From the NCBI GenBank assembly GCA_019828565.1, contig JAHDYR010000031.1:62001-126000 (forward strand): DNA of 64,000 bases, in the 5' to 3' direction. Below, piece by piece: positions 1 through 10,370 of this stretch. Position numbers and translations under genes: made by a program. This DNA is from Carpediemonas membranifera BICM. Taxonomy: Eukaryota > Protista > Fornicata. The notes below the pieces were generated by a model that saw nothing but the letters and a program-made list of their open reading frames with translations, searched no databases and had not been told where the DNA came from. Position 1 is the stretch's first letter, and each line of letters opens with the position of its first letter.

Positions 1-33
1 GCTAGCTATAGCTAACCTTACCTTGCTAGCTAT

Positions 34-1302
34 TTACATAAGAGGACCGCCCTTGCCCACCGTGCCTTCCCGGATTGTCCGCATGACGTACCGGGCCAGG
101 TGGTCGGGCTGGAACCGGGCGGTGTTCTGCTCCACTTCATGGAGTCGCCGCAGCTCGCCCAGCAGACTGTCGACCTCGTTCCTGTACCTGCGGGCGGACT
201 CGGCCTGGATAGTCCGCATGGCCCGGGTCACGGAGGCCCTGCCCTGCCGCTGCTCGTCCCGCATCTGGGCGATCTCCTCCTTCAGCAGGCTGATCTGTGC
301 ACTGTACTGGTGGTCGATGGCGTCCTCCATTTCCTTTCGGAGGGTCTTCTGCCGTGCGACGAGCTCCCGCTTGAGCTGGCCCTCCTCCTTCAGCCGGTCC
401 CGCTCCATGGCGAGGGCGGAGGCGTACAGCTCCCGGAACACCATCTTGGACGCCTGTTCCTGCTTAAGTGCCGTTGCCCGCTTCATCTGGACGACCTCCT
501 GCCGAAGCTTAGTCATGGACGCGTTGGCATGCCGCGCTGACGCCCCCGCCGGAAGTGTCAAGACTGGGTCCCGGACAGAGTCCGTCCGTGTCTCATCCTG
601 CACCGAAGGCATGGTGTACGGCTTCCGCGGCCCCGTCGTCGGGATGCGGTTGGTCACCCGCCGTGCCCGTGTGCCAGACTGGGCCGTCCTCGCCTTCCTG
701 GGCTGAATCCTGCTCGGTGTGCTGGATGCAGACCGTGTGGGCTTACCACGGGCGCCCTGGTCCACGGCCGGGGACACCGTGAAGTCCACCCCTCCTCGGC
801 TGGGCGGCGTGCGGCGCGTGAAGTCAACAGACGTGGCTGCACGGGCCATCGGCGACTCGTCCGCCACCTCTACTGGGGATTCGACCGCAGTGTTCGCCGT
901 GGAGGTCTCGACGGCCCTAGGGGGCCCGTCCGGGAAGAATGTACTGAACTCGGGGAGGACCTCCTCGCTGGACCCAGCCTGGACCAGGCGGTACAGTTCA
1001 TACATGATCTCCGTCAGCCAGTACACGGTGACATAGTCGCGGTCGACCAGGCGGCGGGGATTCAGGTGACTGAGCTCCGTCTGGAATATGTCGGTGCCCA
1101 GGAAGTCTATGAGGGCCGCGGCGTTGTGTAAATGATCTGCATCGGTTGTTACATCCCGGATAATCTCTGGGAGTGTGTCTCCGTGGAGTAGCTCAGTCAG
1201 CACGACGAAAATGCTCTCAGAGACCTCGTCGATGGCCTGAACTGAATAGTCGATTCCCGCCACATCTATTAGCTTATTCAGTGCTTTCACGAGCGGGTCC
1301 AT
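34..1302 (-). CDS. Centrosomal CEP95/CCDC45-like protein (N-terminal DUF5745-like domain, C-terminal coiled coil)
   Basis: 422-aa ORF. N-terminal 'HNAAALIDFLGTDIFQTELSHL...LVDRD...LTEI' resembles the CEP95 N-terminus, followed by a low-complexity linker and a coiled coil. Confidence 0.6.
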   Translation of the reverse strand: MDPLVKALNKLIDVAGIDYSVQAIDEVSESIFVVLTELLHGDTLPEIIRDVTTDADHLHNAAALIDFLGTDIFQTELSHLNPRRLVDRDYVTVYWLTEIMYELYRLVQAGSSEEVLPEFSTFFPDGPPRAVETSTANTAVESPVEVADESPMARAATSVDFTRRTPPSRGGVDFTVSPAVDQGARGKPTRSASSTPSRIQPRKARTAQSGTRARRVTNRIPTTGPRKPYTMPSVQDETRTDSVRDPVLTLPAGASARHANASMTKLRQEVVQMKRATALKQEQASKMVFRELYASALAMERDRLKEEGQLKRELVARQKTLRKEMEDAIDHQYSAQISLLKEEIAQMRDEQRQGRASVTRAMRTIQAESARRYRNEVDSLLGELRRLHEVEQNTARFQPDHLARYVMRTIREGTVGKGGPLM

Positions 1303-1568
1303 ATCGTACTTGAGCCACTACGTGAAATTTCTCGTGATTTCGCACCTTTACGTGTATACATGCGGCGTTATATACCGGTTCCACCGGCCCACGTCTGTCC
1401 GAATACTCGGCCGGATCAACCGGCGTAGAGTATAGGAGCGGAGCAGCCTGGGGGTGGGAGAAACGGTAAACATCTCGGTATGCTGTGCTGCCGCATTCTG
1501 CTCCATACCGCTATGCAATACTGTTCCGAGCGCCCTTTATGTTTCTGCCAGTCGAGCCGAGCCTGAGC

Positions 1569-2471
1569 TCATCCGTAGATGCTTCCGCCGACGAGGAAGT
1601 TGTACTGGTTATGGTTGTCGGACCCCCCGGACAGCAACAGCACCTCGGTCAGCTTCTTCCTGTCGACGGGCGGCTGCATGCGGTGGAGGTACCACCAGAG
1701 CAGGACTACATCCGCCAGCACGCCGACAAAGAGGAACCCCGCCGTGAAGAGGTACAACACGCCGACGACACGGTGGCCGATGTAGAAGCGGTGCAGGTAG
1801 ATGCAGCCGAGCACGGAGGCCAGGAACGCCACGAAGACGAGCAGAAGAAGAGGCATGACAATCAGGAGGAGCACTGCAACCGTGATGGCGACCGTGACGA
1901 CCTCCGCGGCGTTGAGCTCGGAGTCAATGGCGAGGAACTCGATGACGGCCTCCATGCGCCGGGCCACGCGGTAGACCAACATCGGGACGCCCAGCTCGTA
2001 GTGCAGGGTGCCGTTGAGGGTGACTGTGCCGAGCCCGTTGTTGCTGACGACGAGGTACTGCAGGGCGGGATCGTGCGGCGCCCACCCGTCCGTCGACCGG
2101 GGTATGTCGATCGAGTCTGTGGGCCCGAAGACCTGCCGGCTGGAGACGACACAGCTGTTTCCGGTGATCTTGGGGTCTGCGAGGACGCATTGCCCGTCCT
2201 TCCACTCGTCGTACTCGTTCTGGTCAATGATCGCCGCCACCACCCAGCCTGTGCCCTCGAGGACAGTGAGATTGGCCGTGAATGATTTTCCTAGTAGGAA
2301 TCTGTAGATGATCGTCTCGTCTGGCCTGACGGTTCGTTGTACTTTTGTGGTCTTTTCCGGTTCTATCGAGGTGACGCTGTATGTAAAGTTAAAATGCTCT
2401 TCTGATACTAAAAAGGCGTTAATGCACCCGATAAGAAGCGAAATAGCGACGATAAAGCACGCCAACCGCAT
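1569..2471 (-). CDS. TM2 domain membrane protein with signal peptide
   Basis: Hydrophobic N-terminus; 'LGCIYLHRFYIGHRVVGVLYLFTAGFLFVGVLADVV' is the TM2 signature. Confidence 0.8.
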   Translation of the reverse strand: MRLACFIVAISLLIGCINAFLVSEEHFNFTYSVTSIEPEKTTKVQRTVRPDETIIYRFLLGKSFTANLTVLEGTGWVVAAIIDQNEYDEWKDGQCVLADPKITGNSCVVSSRQVFGPTDSIDIPRSTDGWAPHDPALQYLVVSNNGLGTVTLNGTLHYELGVPMLVYRVARRMEAVIEFLAIDSELNAAEVVTVAITVAVLLLIVMPLLLLVFVAFLASVLGCIYLHRFYIGHRVVGVLYLFTAGFLFVGVLADVVLLWWYLHRMQPPVDRKKLTEVLLLSGGSDNHNQYNFLVGGSIYG

Positions 2472-2671
2472 CCAATCCTACTTCAATTCGTCTGTGCAGC
2501 TTTGGAACTCCGGTCAAGAACGGTCAAACTGTAGTCTAATGTCGCGATCAGGCCATGACTGAGCACATTGAACCCTGATTCGTGGTGCATATCATCTTCC
2601 AGCGCGGATCCCGGATGGTCATCACAGGCATCATCGGCACGGCATGCTTTATGACAGACAATATTCCATGC

Positions 2672-3388
2672 TCAGTCGTCCTTGAGCTCTTTGAGGAACC
2701 TCTCGCCCTCGGGTGAGTGCAGCACGTTCACACTGAGCAGCACCGAGAACCGCCGCACGAACGCACGGGCCCACGTCCGCTGGGAGACGTGGGCCCGACA
2801 TGCTCTGCTGACCGTGTGGCGCTGGCGGGGGGACAGGGAGGCCACGTGGCGGCCCTCGAGAGTCTGCCACATGCGCTGGTACATCACACGGCTGACGACG
2901 CCGGGCAGGTACCGGATGAAGGCGGGGCAGGTGTGTAGTTGCAGGAGCCGGACACCCTCGGGTGGCGGGCACTCCTTGAGCGCGGCGGCGACGGCCTTGT
3001 GGTTCGAGTGCCCTGTCACGCCAGCCTCATCGAACGTCACGATGACTGTGATGCCCTGCATGCGGGCCTCGCTGTAGATCTGCTCGGCCAGGGCCTGTGT
3101 GTTCCAGGAGAGGTGGGGGTGGTCGACAAAGCCGTCGAACACCGTCACCGTGCCCTTGGTCCCCGTCAGGATCTCCCACGACGCCTCTAGTTCGGACCTT
3201 CGCGTCTCCTTGATGTTCAATTGCCTCTTTTCGAGCTCCTGACTGGAATATCTGGTGGCGTGGGGCACATATTCACCCGATGAGCAGCACAGGAGGCGGA
3301 TCTCACCAATCTCCTTGAAGAAAAGCACCGTGGGACCAAAGAAGAAGCATTCGTCATCGGGATGGGCAGTTACCAGCAACACTTTCAT
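2672..3388 (-). CDS. PIGL: GlcNAc-PI de-N-acetylase (PIG-L family)
   Basis: 'VLLVTAHPDDECFFFGPT' and 'TFDEAGVTGHSNH' motifs. Start placed at the MKVLL ATG rather than the upstream ORF extension. Confidence 0.88.
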   Translation of the reverse strand: MKVLLVTAHPDDECFFFGPTVLFFKEIGEIRLLCCSSGEYVPHATRYSSQELEKRQLNIKETRRSELEASWEILTGTKGTVTVFDGFVDHPHLSWNTQALAEQIYSEARMQGITVIVTFDEAGVTGHSNHKAVAAALKECPPPEGVRLLQLHTCPAFIRYLPGVVSRVMYQRMWQTLEGRHVASLSPRQRHTVSRACRAHVSQRTWARAFVRRFSVLLSVNVLHSPEGERFLKELKDD

Positions 3389-3721
3389 CGGTCGTGAGAG
3401 TGCGCGCTGGCTGAAGACATTTATGGCACGCCGTAAATGGAGATAACTGGCAACGGCAGGATTGATGCCCGAGCAGGCCATGCTGTATGCGTCACAAGCC
3501 CCATATATCACATGGGTTCTCCGTGAGTCGGCAGTTGTAGTCGGCCACCACTCTCCCGGAACCAACCAGGGGACCCCGGCCGGGCCCAGCCACTGAACCG
3601 GATCAGCTACTGCTGCGGCCAAATAAAAGGCCCTGTGCGACCTAGCTATCCTCAAAGCAGTCTTCTCCGCGACAATTGGCGAGCCTGCGAATGACGATGC
3701 AGTGAAAACACCTGGCGTCAC

Positions 3722-4397
3722 ATGAGACGCGGTATCGTCAAGGTATTGGTCTTAGGAGACCGAGATAGAACGGCATTGGTCCAGCGCATCGCTGCAAATG
3801 CAATCCACAATGAGGGCGACGCATCATATGTTGTCCTGGAGAAGCGAATTCCCACAGCGACCGAAGAGGTGCGCTACAGGTTTTGGGACATAGACATGGA
3901 CATATTCCAGTTCAGCGTCTCTGACGCATGGGCCGACGACGCGGCCATCATCCTCGTGACGACCTCGAGCAACGGTACGGCCCGGCACAGGCGCTCACAC
4001 AGACTACACGGCACTGTACTCCGCATGGGAGTTCGTCACTGCCGCTGTTAAGCCAGGCAGAACGAAGCCACTGGCCATCGTCGTCAAGACGAGGGGTGCG
4101 GCGGGGTCCATGCCCGCCCTGCACGGGCAGGACCGCATGACTGTCTATCCGGAGCCGGTCCCCGTGTCTGTAGAGACTGGGGACGGCCTATTAGACCTGA
4201 TCAACATCCTGAACTCGAATGTCCACCGCCGCACGGCCAGTGCCCCCGCCACACCCGCCCCCGTGGAGCACGGGGCCATACAGCTCGAGAGCAGCATACC
4301 ACGGTACGTGCGGCCCAGAAGGGGGTCTCTTAGCAAGATCAAGCACGCAGCCTCGAGCAAGCGGCGGCAGCTGACCGACGAGTGTGTTGCAATGTGA
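3722..4397 (+). CDS. Divergent Ras-superfamily GTPase-like protein with C-terminal CaaX; two exons (3722-3974, 4003-4397)
   Basis: 'VKVLVLGD', 'YRFWDI' and 'AAIILV' follow the Ras fold. Removing a 28-nt intron joins ORF 3722 in frame to ORF 4110..4397, which ends in CVAM. Confidence 0.65.
3975..4002 (+). other. Spliceosomal intron (28 nt)
   Basis: GTACGG...CTCACACAG; removal restores the reading frame. Confidence 0.75.
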
Positions 4398-4453
4398 CTG
4401 GCACATAAAGGACAATGGCTAGTTTATCACGACTAAGATTAATATACACGCCC

Positions 4454-5437
4454 CTAGACCTGGGGCAGATAGGCGGTGCCGTCGACGGGCTCTCCGTCCA
4501 GGGCTGCGAAGACGGTCACCTTCTTCGAGCGGCCACCACGACCACCGCGCCGACCACCGCGCCTCATGAACCATGGCCGTTTGGCGAAGAGCATGAGCAC
4601 CATGGCGGCCGGAGTGATCTGGAGGACGATGTAGAGCAGCTCGAGGTACCAGTACGTGACGTACTCGCAGTATGACCAGTATACGACGCAGTAGGTGTAG
4701 TAGAAGCGGCCCGTGTACAGCAAATAGCAGCCCTCGACCAGCATGAACGTCGCGAACATGACGAAGAAGGTACTGCCGACCACCGTCAGCAGGGCGATAC
4801 GGAAGACAACCATGCGCAGGTTGCTGATCGACTTGCGGAGGATGAAGAGCAGCCGGACGCCGTAGAATAGGTAGAATATGGTCATGGCGTAGTAGACGAC
4901 AGCCGTGAGGATGTTGCTGGCCCCGACGCACCTCAGCTGGTAGTCCATTCGGTCCATGCCATAGCTCGTGATGAGGTACAGCACTGTGTCGGCCAGCAGC
5001 AGGATGAATATGGCGATATTGAAGAGGATGTTGAGGACGAGGACGGTGTGGTGGCTCTTGGTGAGTGTGAGGTGAGTGGTGTTATACAGGAACGAGTGCC
5101 AGACGTGGATGACGAGGGAGAACGCGAAGAACAGCAGGCCGATGGGCACCACGAAGAGGAGGTGCTTGACGAAGTTGAAGAGGGGGACGTATAGTCGGAT
5201 GACGTGGAGAAAGCTGTTCACAAACCGACACAGCGCAAAGATCGCAACACACGAAGACGCCAAAAGCGGGATGAAAGGCGGTTTTCTACCGCGTACAAAC
5301 TGCCAGGCATGTGAACAGAACACCACAACGGCTGCAATCAGCAGGGCGGCATACATCATGGAGCCGATCGTCATGACGGAGAAAAACGACCAAAACACGA
5401 ACGACCATTCCAAGTGAAACGTCGAGGTAATGCTCAT
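4454..5437 (-). CDS. Multi-pass (about 7 TM) membrane protein, possibly TOM1/THH1/GPR137-like
   Basis: About seven hydrophobic segments and a basic C-terminal tail. Confidence 0.6.
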   Translation of the reverse strand: MSITSTFHLEWSFVFWSFFSVMTIGSMMYAALLIAAVVVFCSHAWQFVRGRKPPFIPLLASSCVAIFALCRFVNSFLHVIRLYVPLFNFVKHLLFVVPIGLLFFAFSLVIHVWHSFLYNTTHLTLTKSHHTVLVLNILFNIAIFILLLADTVLYLITSYGMDRMDYQLRCVGASNILTAVVYYAMTIFYLFYGVRLLFILRKSISNLRMVVFRIALLTVVGSTFFVMFATFMLVEGCYLLYTGRFYYTYCVVYWSYCEYVTYWYLELLYIVLQITPAAMVLMLFAKRPWFMRRGGRRGGRGGRSKKVTVFAALDGEPVDGTAYLPQV

Positions 5438-5745
5438 GTGGTGTGGTTCGAAGGAACCTATCCTTTCGAAACGGCTTTGATCCTGATCGCGGCAGAATAT
5501 GCCCAGTCTTGTGTGGTCAAATGTCAGAATATGAGGTGGATCCGAGATAGATTTTCGATATCAGAGCTGCGTTGCTCTGCTGGGGCATTGGGCGCGCCAC
5601 TAGTCCTCTCACTCCACAGGGTGGACCCGACCCGCCTCCCCCTCAGCTCTTCCCAGCAACACGGGCCGACAACGGTGCTGCGTGATATTTACATTGCTTA
5701 TGAATGTTAGATTGCTATGATATAGGATGATTCCGATGGTTGATC

Positions 5746-6413
5746 TTAGAACTTGCGGAAGGTGGCCTCGGGCTTTCCCAGGGCCACCAAGAGAGTATCT
5801 AGTTTGCCCTCGTAGTAGAGCTCCACCACCTCGGCGGGAAGGGCCGAGTGCTGGGCCGACACGGCGTGGTTCCTGCTCTCGGCGAGGTCATCAACTGATG
5901 TGACTGAACCCGTCATGATCTGCTCGGCCGTGACGGGGAGATCAACAACGCCGACTTCAGAGGCGCCTCTGACGCTGTGTGAGAATGTGCGGGGGCGGCA
6001 TACCGTGCGTTCTGGTACCACGTCCGGGTCTTGATAAGGTCGAGCCCGGTAAAGCGCGAGATCAGAAGCAGCTCGTCGTGGCTGGGGTAGGTGTTGGCCT
6101 TGAAGCACATGACGAGGGCGGAGTACTGCATGGGGCTGAAGGACCGCCCTCGGCGCCCCTTGATCACCGGGGTCTTCTTGGCCGGTTTAACGATCGCAGT
6201 CTTCCTCGTTTTGGGCGTTTTGGGCTTCGGAAGGGGAATGCGAGGAGATATCACGGGGCTTATGACACCCACAGGCTGCACTACGGGGATAGTGTGGAAG
6301 GAATCGTCGAAGTCTGATTCCTCGGACGCCGGGTAGGAGCTGGCGGCGAGATACTCGGTCAGATGAGCTGAATCAGTGTTTGGAGACGATAATATGGCAG
6401 CAGAGCAGTGCAT
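5746..6413 (-). CDS. Homeodomain transcription factor; two exons (6413-6004, 5974-5746)
   Basis: 'RRGRSFSPMQYSALVMCFKANTYPSHDELLLISRFTGL...RTWYQNAR' is a homeodomain. A 29-nt intron links it to the frame of ORF 5746..6108. Confidence 0.8.
5975..6003 (-). other. Spliceosomal intron (29 nt)
   Basis: GTATGC...CTCACACAG on the minus strand, just after homeodomain helix 3 (WYQNAR). Confidence 0.7.
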
Positions 6414-6687
6414 TGCGTGCGGATAAGAGTAGAAGCGAGAGTAGTATTGTTGTGGGCTGTTCTTGAAAGCCGGCGAGACGCAAAAGTGTTCTCTTTTAAG
6501 CAAGGGACCCTCGCCAGCCCATGTCACAGCCGTATGTGGGGGCGGTACCCTATAGCCATGTGCATCCCCCTCCTTTTTGTCCAGCTCGCCCTGGTCGCCA
6601 AGAAAAGAACGACCGTCGTTGACGAGAATTAACCATTGCAGGAAAGGACCCCAACAGAAGGAGGCGGTAAATCTATATATTTACAGA

Positions 6688-8100
6688 CTACAGGTAGTCC
6701 TCGACCACCTTAACGCCGTTAAACTGCGTCGTGACTGTCAGCTCCGTCAGCCTGTCCCGCTTGGGCCCCTCCTCGACGAGGCCCGCTAGCTTGCCGGCTG
6801 CATCCATGCCGGCGTCCTTGATCAGCCCGTCCGAGAGGGACGTGGCCCCGTCGAGTGCCTCGATGAGGGCGTCATCCACAGCCCGGCCCAGACCCGCAGC
6901 ACACTCGTCGATCTCCGCCATCGAGTTGAGCAGACCGAGGGCAATGGGCGTCAGGTCGTTGTCCTGGGCGGCGATGATAGCCGTGAGGGCGGGGACGACG
7001 GATGTCTGGCCTGGGTCGGTCAGCCGGGCCGCCAGGACAGCCGAGCGGGCGACCATGGTGCGGATGGCGACCATGGCGGCACACTTCACCTGGGGGTCGA
7101 AGGCGGTGAGCAGGCCGGCCACCATCTCGATGATGCCGCGCTTGTCAAAGACGGGCAGGACCGCTGGAGTGGCCGTAGCGACGAGGGAGACGCAGCGGGC
7201 GGCGTTCCTCTGGATCTGGGGCACGGTGAGCGTGAGCAGGCGTGCGAGGGCGGTGACGATGGTGCACTGGGGTACCTTGGTCATGGCGTGCGTGTACCGC
7301 AGGGCGTCGTGGGTCAGCAGGTTGGCCAGGGCGGCCGTGCAGCACTGCTGCAGGGTGCGGACCTCGATCTTGAGCACGCGGTCGATGGCGGCCATGGTGG
7401 AAATGGGGTCGGCGTCGTGCGTGACGACGGCGGGGCAGGGTGAGATGTTGCGGAGGATCCAGACGAGGAACTCCTGGAGATACGGCTCCTCGCACACGCG
7501 GATGCATGTCAGCACCGCAGTCGCCCCGCCGGCGTCGATGAAGGCCCGTGCGACCTCCGGGTCGAACGAGGCGGTGAGGTTGATGACGACTCCGAAGAGC
7601 ATGGACCAATAGAGGTCGGTGCGGGTGGACCGGACGGAGTACTCCTTCACAGCCTCCACCACCTGGCGCATGAAGGCGTTGTTCTTCCACTTGAGGATGA
7701 GTGCGCGGTCATCGTCGGTGCGGATGGAGTTCCTGATGGCCCGGAGGTACTCCGTGCGGATGAGGATGTCAGAGGACTTGAACAGGTGGAAGTAGGACCT
7801 GTACGCCTTCAGCTGGTAGTCCTCGGACAGGATGAGGTGGCACAGGTTGCAGACCCGCTCCAGCACTGTTTCCTTGCCAACCCAGATGCCCGTCTTCATG
7901 CACGAATTGCAAAACAGGCGTCCACAGCGGCGGCAGTGGTGGCGTCTGTTGAAGAAGGAGAACTCAGCGTCGCACAGCATGCAGCTGGCGCTGTTCTCGT
8001 CAGAGAGCCAGTCATTCTTCTTTTTGAGAATTGCCATGTTATAAGGAGAGGGTGTGAGGCTCTTATCAACACCCCACATCATTCCAGGTGTTGTGTCCAT
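6688..8100 (-). CDS. FYVE zinc finger plus armadillo-repeat protein
   Basis: 'WLSD...CMLC...FSFFNRRHHCRRCGRLFCNSC' is a FYVE motif. Repeated 'LRNI/LANL' ARM-like helices follow. Start uncertain. Confidence 0.85.
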   Translation of the reverse strand: MDTTPGMMWGVDKSLTPSPYNMAILKKKNDWLSDENSASCMLCDAEFSFFNRRHHCRRCGRLFCNSCMKTGIWVGKETVLERVCNLCHLILSEDYQLKAYRSYFHLFKSSDILIRTEYLRAIRNSIRTDDDRALILKWKNNAFMRQVVEAVKEYSVRSTRTDLYWSMLFGVVINLTASFDPEVARAFIDAGGATAVLTCIRVCEEPYLQEFLVWILRNISPCPAVVTHDADPISTMAAIDRVLKIEVRTLQQCCTAALANLLTHDALRYTHAMTKVPQCTIVTALARLLTLTVPQIQRNAARCVSLVATATPAVLPVFDKRGIIEMVAGLLTAFDPQVKCAAMVAIRTMVARSAVLAARLTDPGQTSVVPALTAIIAAQDNDLTPIALGLLNSMAEIDECAAGLGRAVDDALIEALDGATSLSDGLIKDAGMDAAGKLAGLVEEGPKRDRLTELTVTTQFNGVKVVEDYL

Positions 8101-8308
8101 GCTGGAATGATGATTTGTGGCGGGCTTGCAAGAAAAAATGATGACCTTCAAATCCCCCCGTATATGGTGATGCAGACCTGTATCAAACTGCATCTAGCCA
8201 CACTTGTCCCAGTATGCGTCGTGAGGTCGCACATGAGCTTTCCAAGCCATCCCCCATTCAGACCATGGCCGTGGGTTTATCAGTAAGAGTACTATGCTAC
8301 AAGAGGCA

Positions 8309-9043
8309 CTAGGTCAGACCCGCGATGGCCTGATAGTGCCGGGACATCAACCGCACGCCGTCCATGCCGGCGCGACGGGTTCCGGCGGACTTCGCCCTGT
8401 TGTTGCCGAGGAGGGGGAGCTCGGCATACTCGGATGTCTTCGACTTGGACGCTAGGTAGCCCCAGTCGATGTCCATGGCGTATCCGTGTGTCGTGGCGGA
8501 GGCTCTGGTGCGTGGCGTGGTGGGTGCGGTGCGGCACGGCTTTTTTGGTCTGCCGCGGGACACCGGACGCGTCGACCGAGGCGAGGCAGAGGTAGTGGGT
8601 CTTGCACGCTGAGACCCAAGGGTGGATTCGCGGAGCGATTTCTTGTGTTCCGCGAGAGAAACACCGAGGGCACGGAGTACCAACGGCTGGTCCTGCGGGG
8701 TAATCTGGGTATACGCCCTCTCGACCCTCGGGGGAGCTGTAGTCGGCGGCTGCGGATTGCTTGGTGAGTGAGACATCGTATATGAGCGAAGGCGGCGATG
8801 GGATTGAAGAGGAGAATTTGTGTAGCCTCGTGAAGCCGCTGAATTCTCTTCGAGACCGGACAAATGCGGCGGAGAAACATCGGGTAGAGCAATAAGTGTA
8901 TCTGCAGTTGTTTTTGAAAGCGATAGAGGCGAGGGTCGCGTAGGTTTGTGCAAATTGACTTGCATGCTGATCAATTCCGGTGGATTCGCTGCAGAAGAGA
9001 TCTTTGGGCGTAAACTGGTTCCATTTCGCCTTGGTCTGAACAT
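8309..9043 (-). CDS. Hypothetical basic, Ser/Pro/Arg-rich protein
   Basis: 244-aa ATG-initiated ORF filling the gap between genes; no recognisable domain. Confidence 0.45.
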   Translation of the reverse strand: MFRPRRNGTSLRPKISSAANPPELISMQVNLHKPTRPSPLSLSKTTADTLIALPDVSPPHLSGLEENSAASRGYTNSPLQSHRRLRSYTMSHSPSNPQPPTTAPPRVERAYTQITPQDQPLVLRALGVSLAEHKKSLRESTLGSQRARPTTSASPRSTRPVSRGRPKKPCRTAPTTPRTRASATTHGYAMDIDWGYLASKSKTSEYAELPLLGNNRAKSAGTRRAGMDGVRLMSRHYQAIAGLT

Positions 9044-9476
9044 AGTAACGATTCAGTGAACAACAAGGCCGTGTCAGCACAGTGATATGGTTTCGACTCC
9101 ATCGAGAGTCACCGTGGCACGACTGATCCGCCCAGCATCCAGAATATACGGATATGACATAATCAGATACACTTGGTCATCCTCGCATTATCATCTCCAC
9201 CGAGCAAGCCACGGGGTAGAACGCTGTGACAGCCGCCCGGCCCGGACTGACCTCAGCCTTACCCGCCCTTACCCGTCCAGCATCAGTATGACAACTGGAT
9301 GCGTGCACCCGCCCAATCCACATCACTTTATGCTCACAGCCCTGGTGTCATGCTGAGGGTAGGGCGTGTCATTGCCAATGTGAGTGGTGGCAGTAGTACC
9401 GGTTTGGCAGGAGCCCTATCGACCACAGCGAGCCCTGCCACACTATATAGTCAGAGTATTTACGTATTTACATTGG

Positions 9477-10166
9477 CTACTCGAGTATAGACCGGAGCAA
9501 ATCGCCGACGTTGATGTCCCCGGACTCAACTCCCTGCTCCAGCAACGATTCCCGCAACGCCACCAGCGCCATGAGTGTGTCCATCCCCCCGGGTATGTTG
9601 ATCCTGCCGTCCTCCGCGGCCAGGGCCTCGAGCAGAGGGATCATGGCGACGCTGCCCTCGTACGCCATGTTCGCTGGGGCACGACCAGTGACCTCAGGCG
9701 CCTCTCCGGGAATCGTGTCCGACCGGAAGGAGTCGTCTGCGGCCGGCTTGGCCGGAGTGGGGATGCCGTCGTCTGTGTGGGTGTACTGCAGGGGAATGCC
9801 GGCAACAGTCGTCTTTCCGCCCGGGAGGATGTGGATGGCGAAGTTGTCGCTGCCACAGAAGGGGCAGGGGACGTGTCGGACCGACCCGGGCTCGGGGTGG
9901 ATCGCGAGGAAGCAGGCCGTGCAGATCTCGTGCTTGCAGCAGGTCGTCTCGTTCATCGCTGTTGCATCGAACCCACAGAAGCAGATCTTGCATTCAAACT
10001 GATTGTTGGTTGCCCTCGGCGCGTCCTGCGGCTGCACTGGAGCAAACTTGTTCTTGCTGATCGCGAAGCTGATCTGCGGCGCTGTCCACGGACAATCCAT
10101 GTTGTATCTATCCGTTAGGAGCCCCCGAATGCGCTCTCCGTCAGTTATGCACTGTTGGGCTGCCAT
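9477..10166 (-). CDS. RING-finger protein, GW2/DA2/Sip5-like
   Basis: 'ECKICF...NETTCCKHEICTACFL...CPFC...NFAI' matches the GW2/DA2-type RING spacing. Confidence 0.75.
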   Translation of the reverse strand: MAAQQCITDGERIRGLLTDRYNMDCPWTAPQISFAISKNKFAPVQPQDAPRATNNQFECKICFCGFDATAMNETTCCKHEICTACFLAIHPEPGSVRHVPCPFCGSDNFAIHILPGGKTTVAGIPLQYTHTDDGIPTPAKPAADDSFRSDTIPGEAPEVTGRAPANMAYEGSVAMIPLLEALAAEDGRINIPGGMDTLMALVALRESLLEQGVESGDINVGDLLRSILE

Positions 10167-10370
10167 CTTTCGCTCCTGTTGTTGTGACCCCTGATGATCA
10201 TGCAACCCTGACCCGGCCGTGACGCCCGCCCCACAGCGCGAACGGGGGCCAGTACAGCGACCCAATCCGGTCCACAGCACATATTCTCTCATTGATCGTG
10301 GCTTAAACTGCCCTTTACCTTCAAATAAAAAGTTGGGAGATAATTATGCTAATAACGGTAATCCTAGCAC

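Noticed and set aside
1-40. Palindromic TAGCTATAGCTA / GCTAGC cluster at the window start
   Set aside because: It is short, lies in a 3' UTR at the window edge, and has no supporting context.
2672-3721. Long N-terminal extensions from GTG/TTG starts in the ORF track (PIG-L here; also the SLC35F6, DUF1015 and Gemin2 ORFs)
   Set aside because: The genome is eukaryotic, homology begins at downstream ATGs, and the extensions cover promoter regions.
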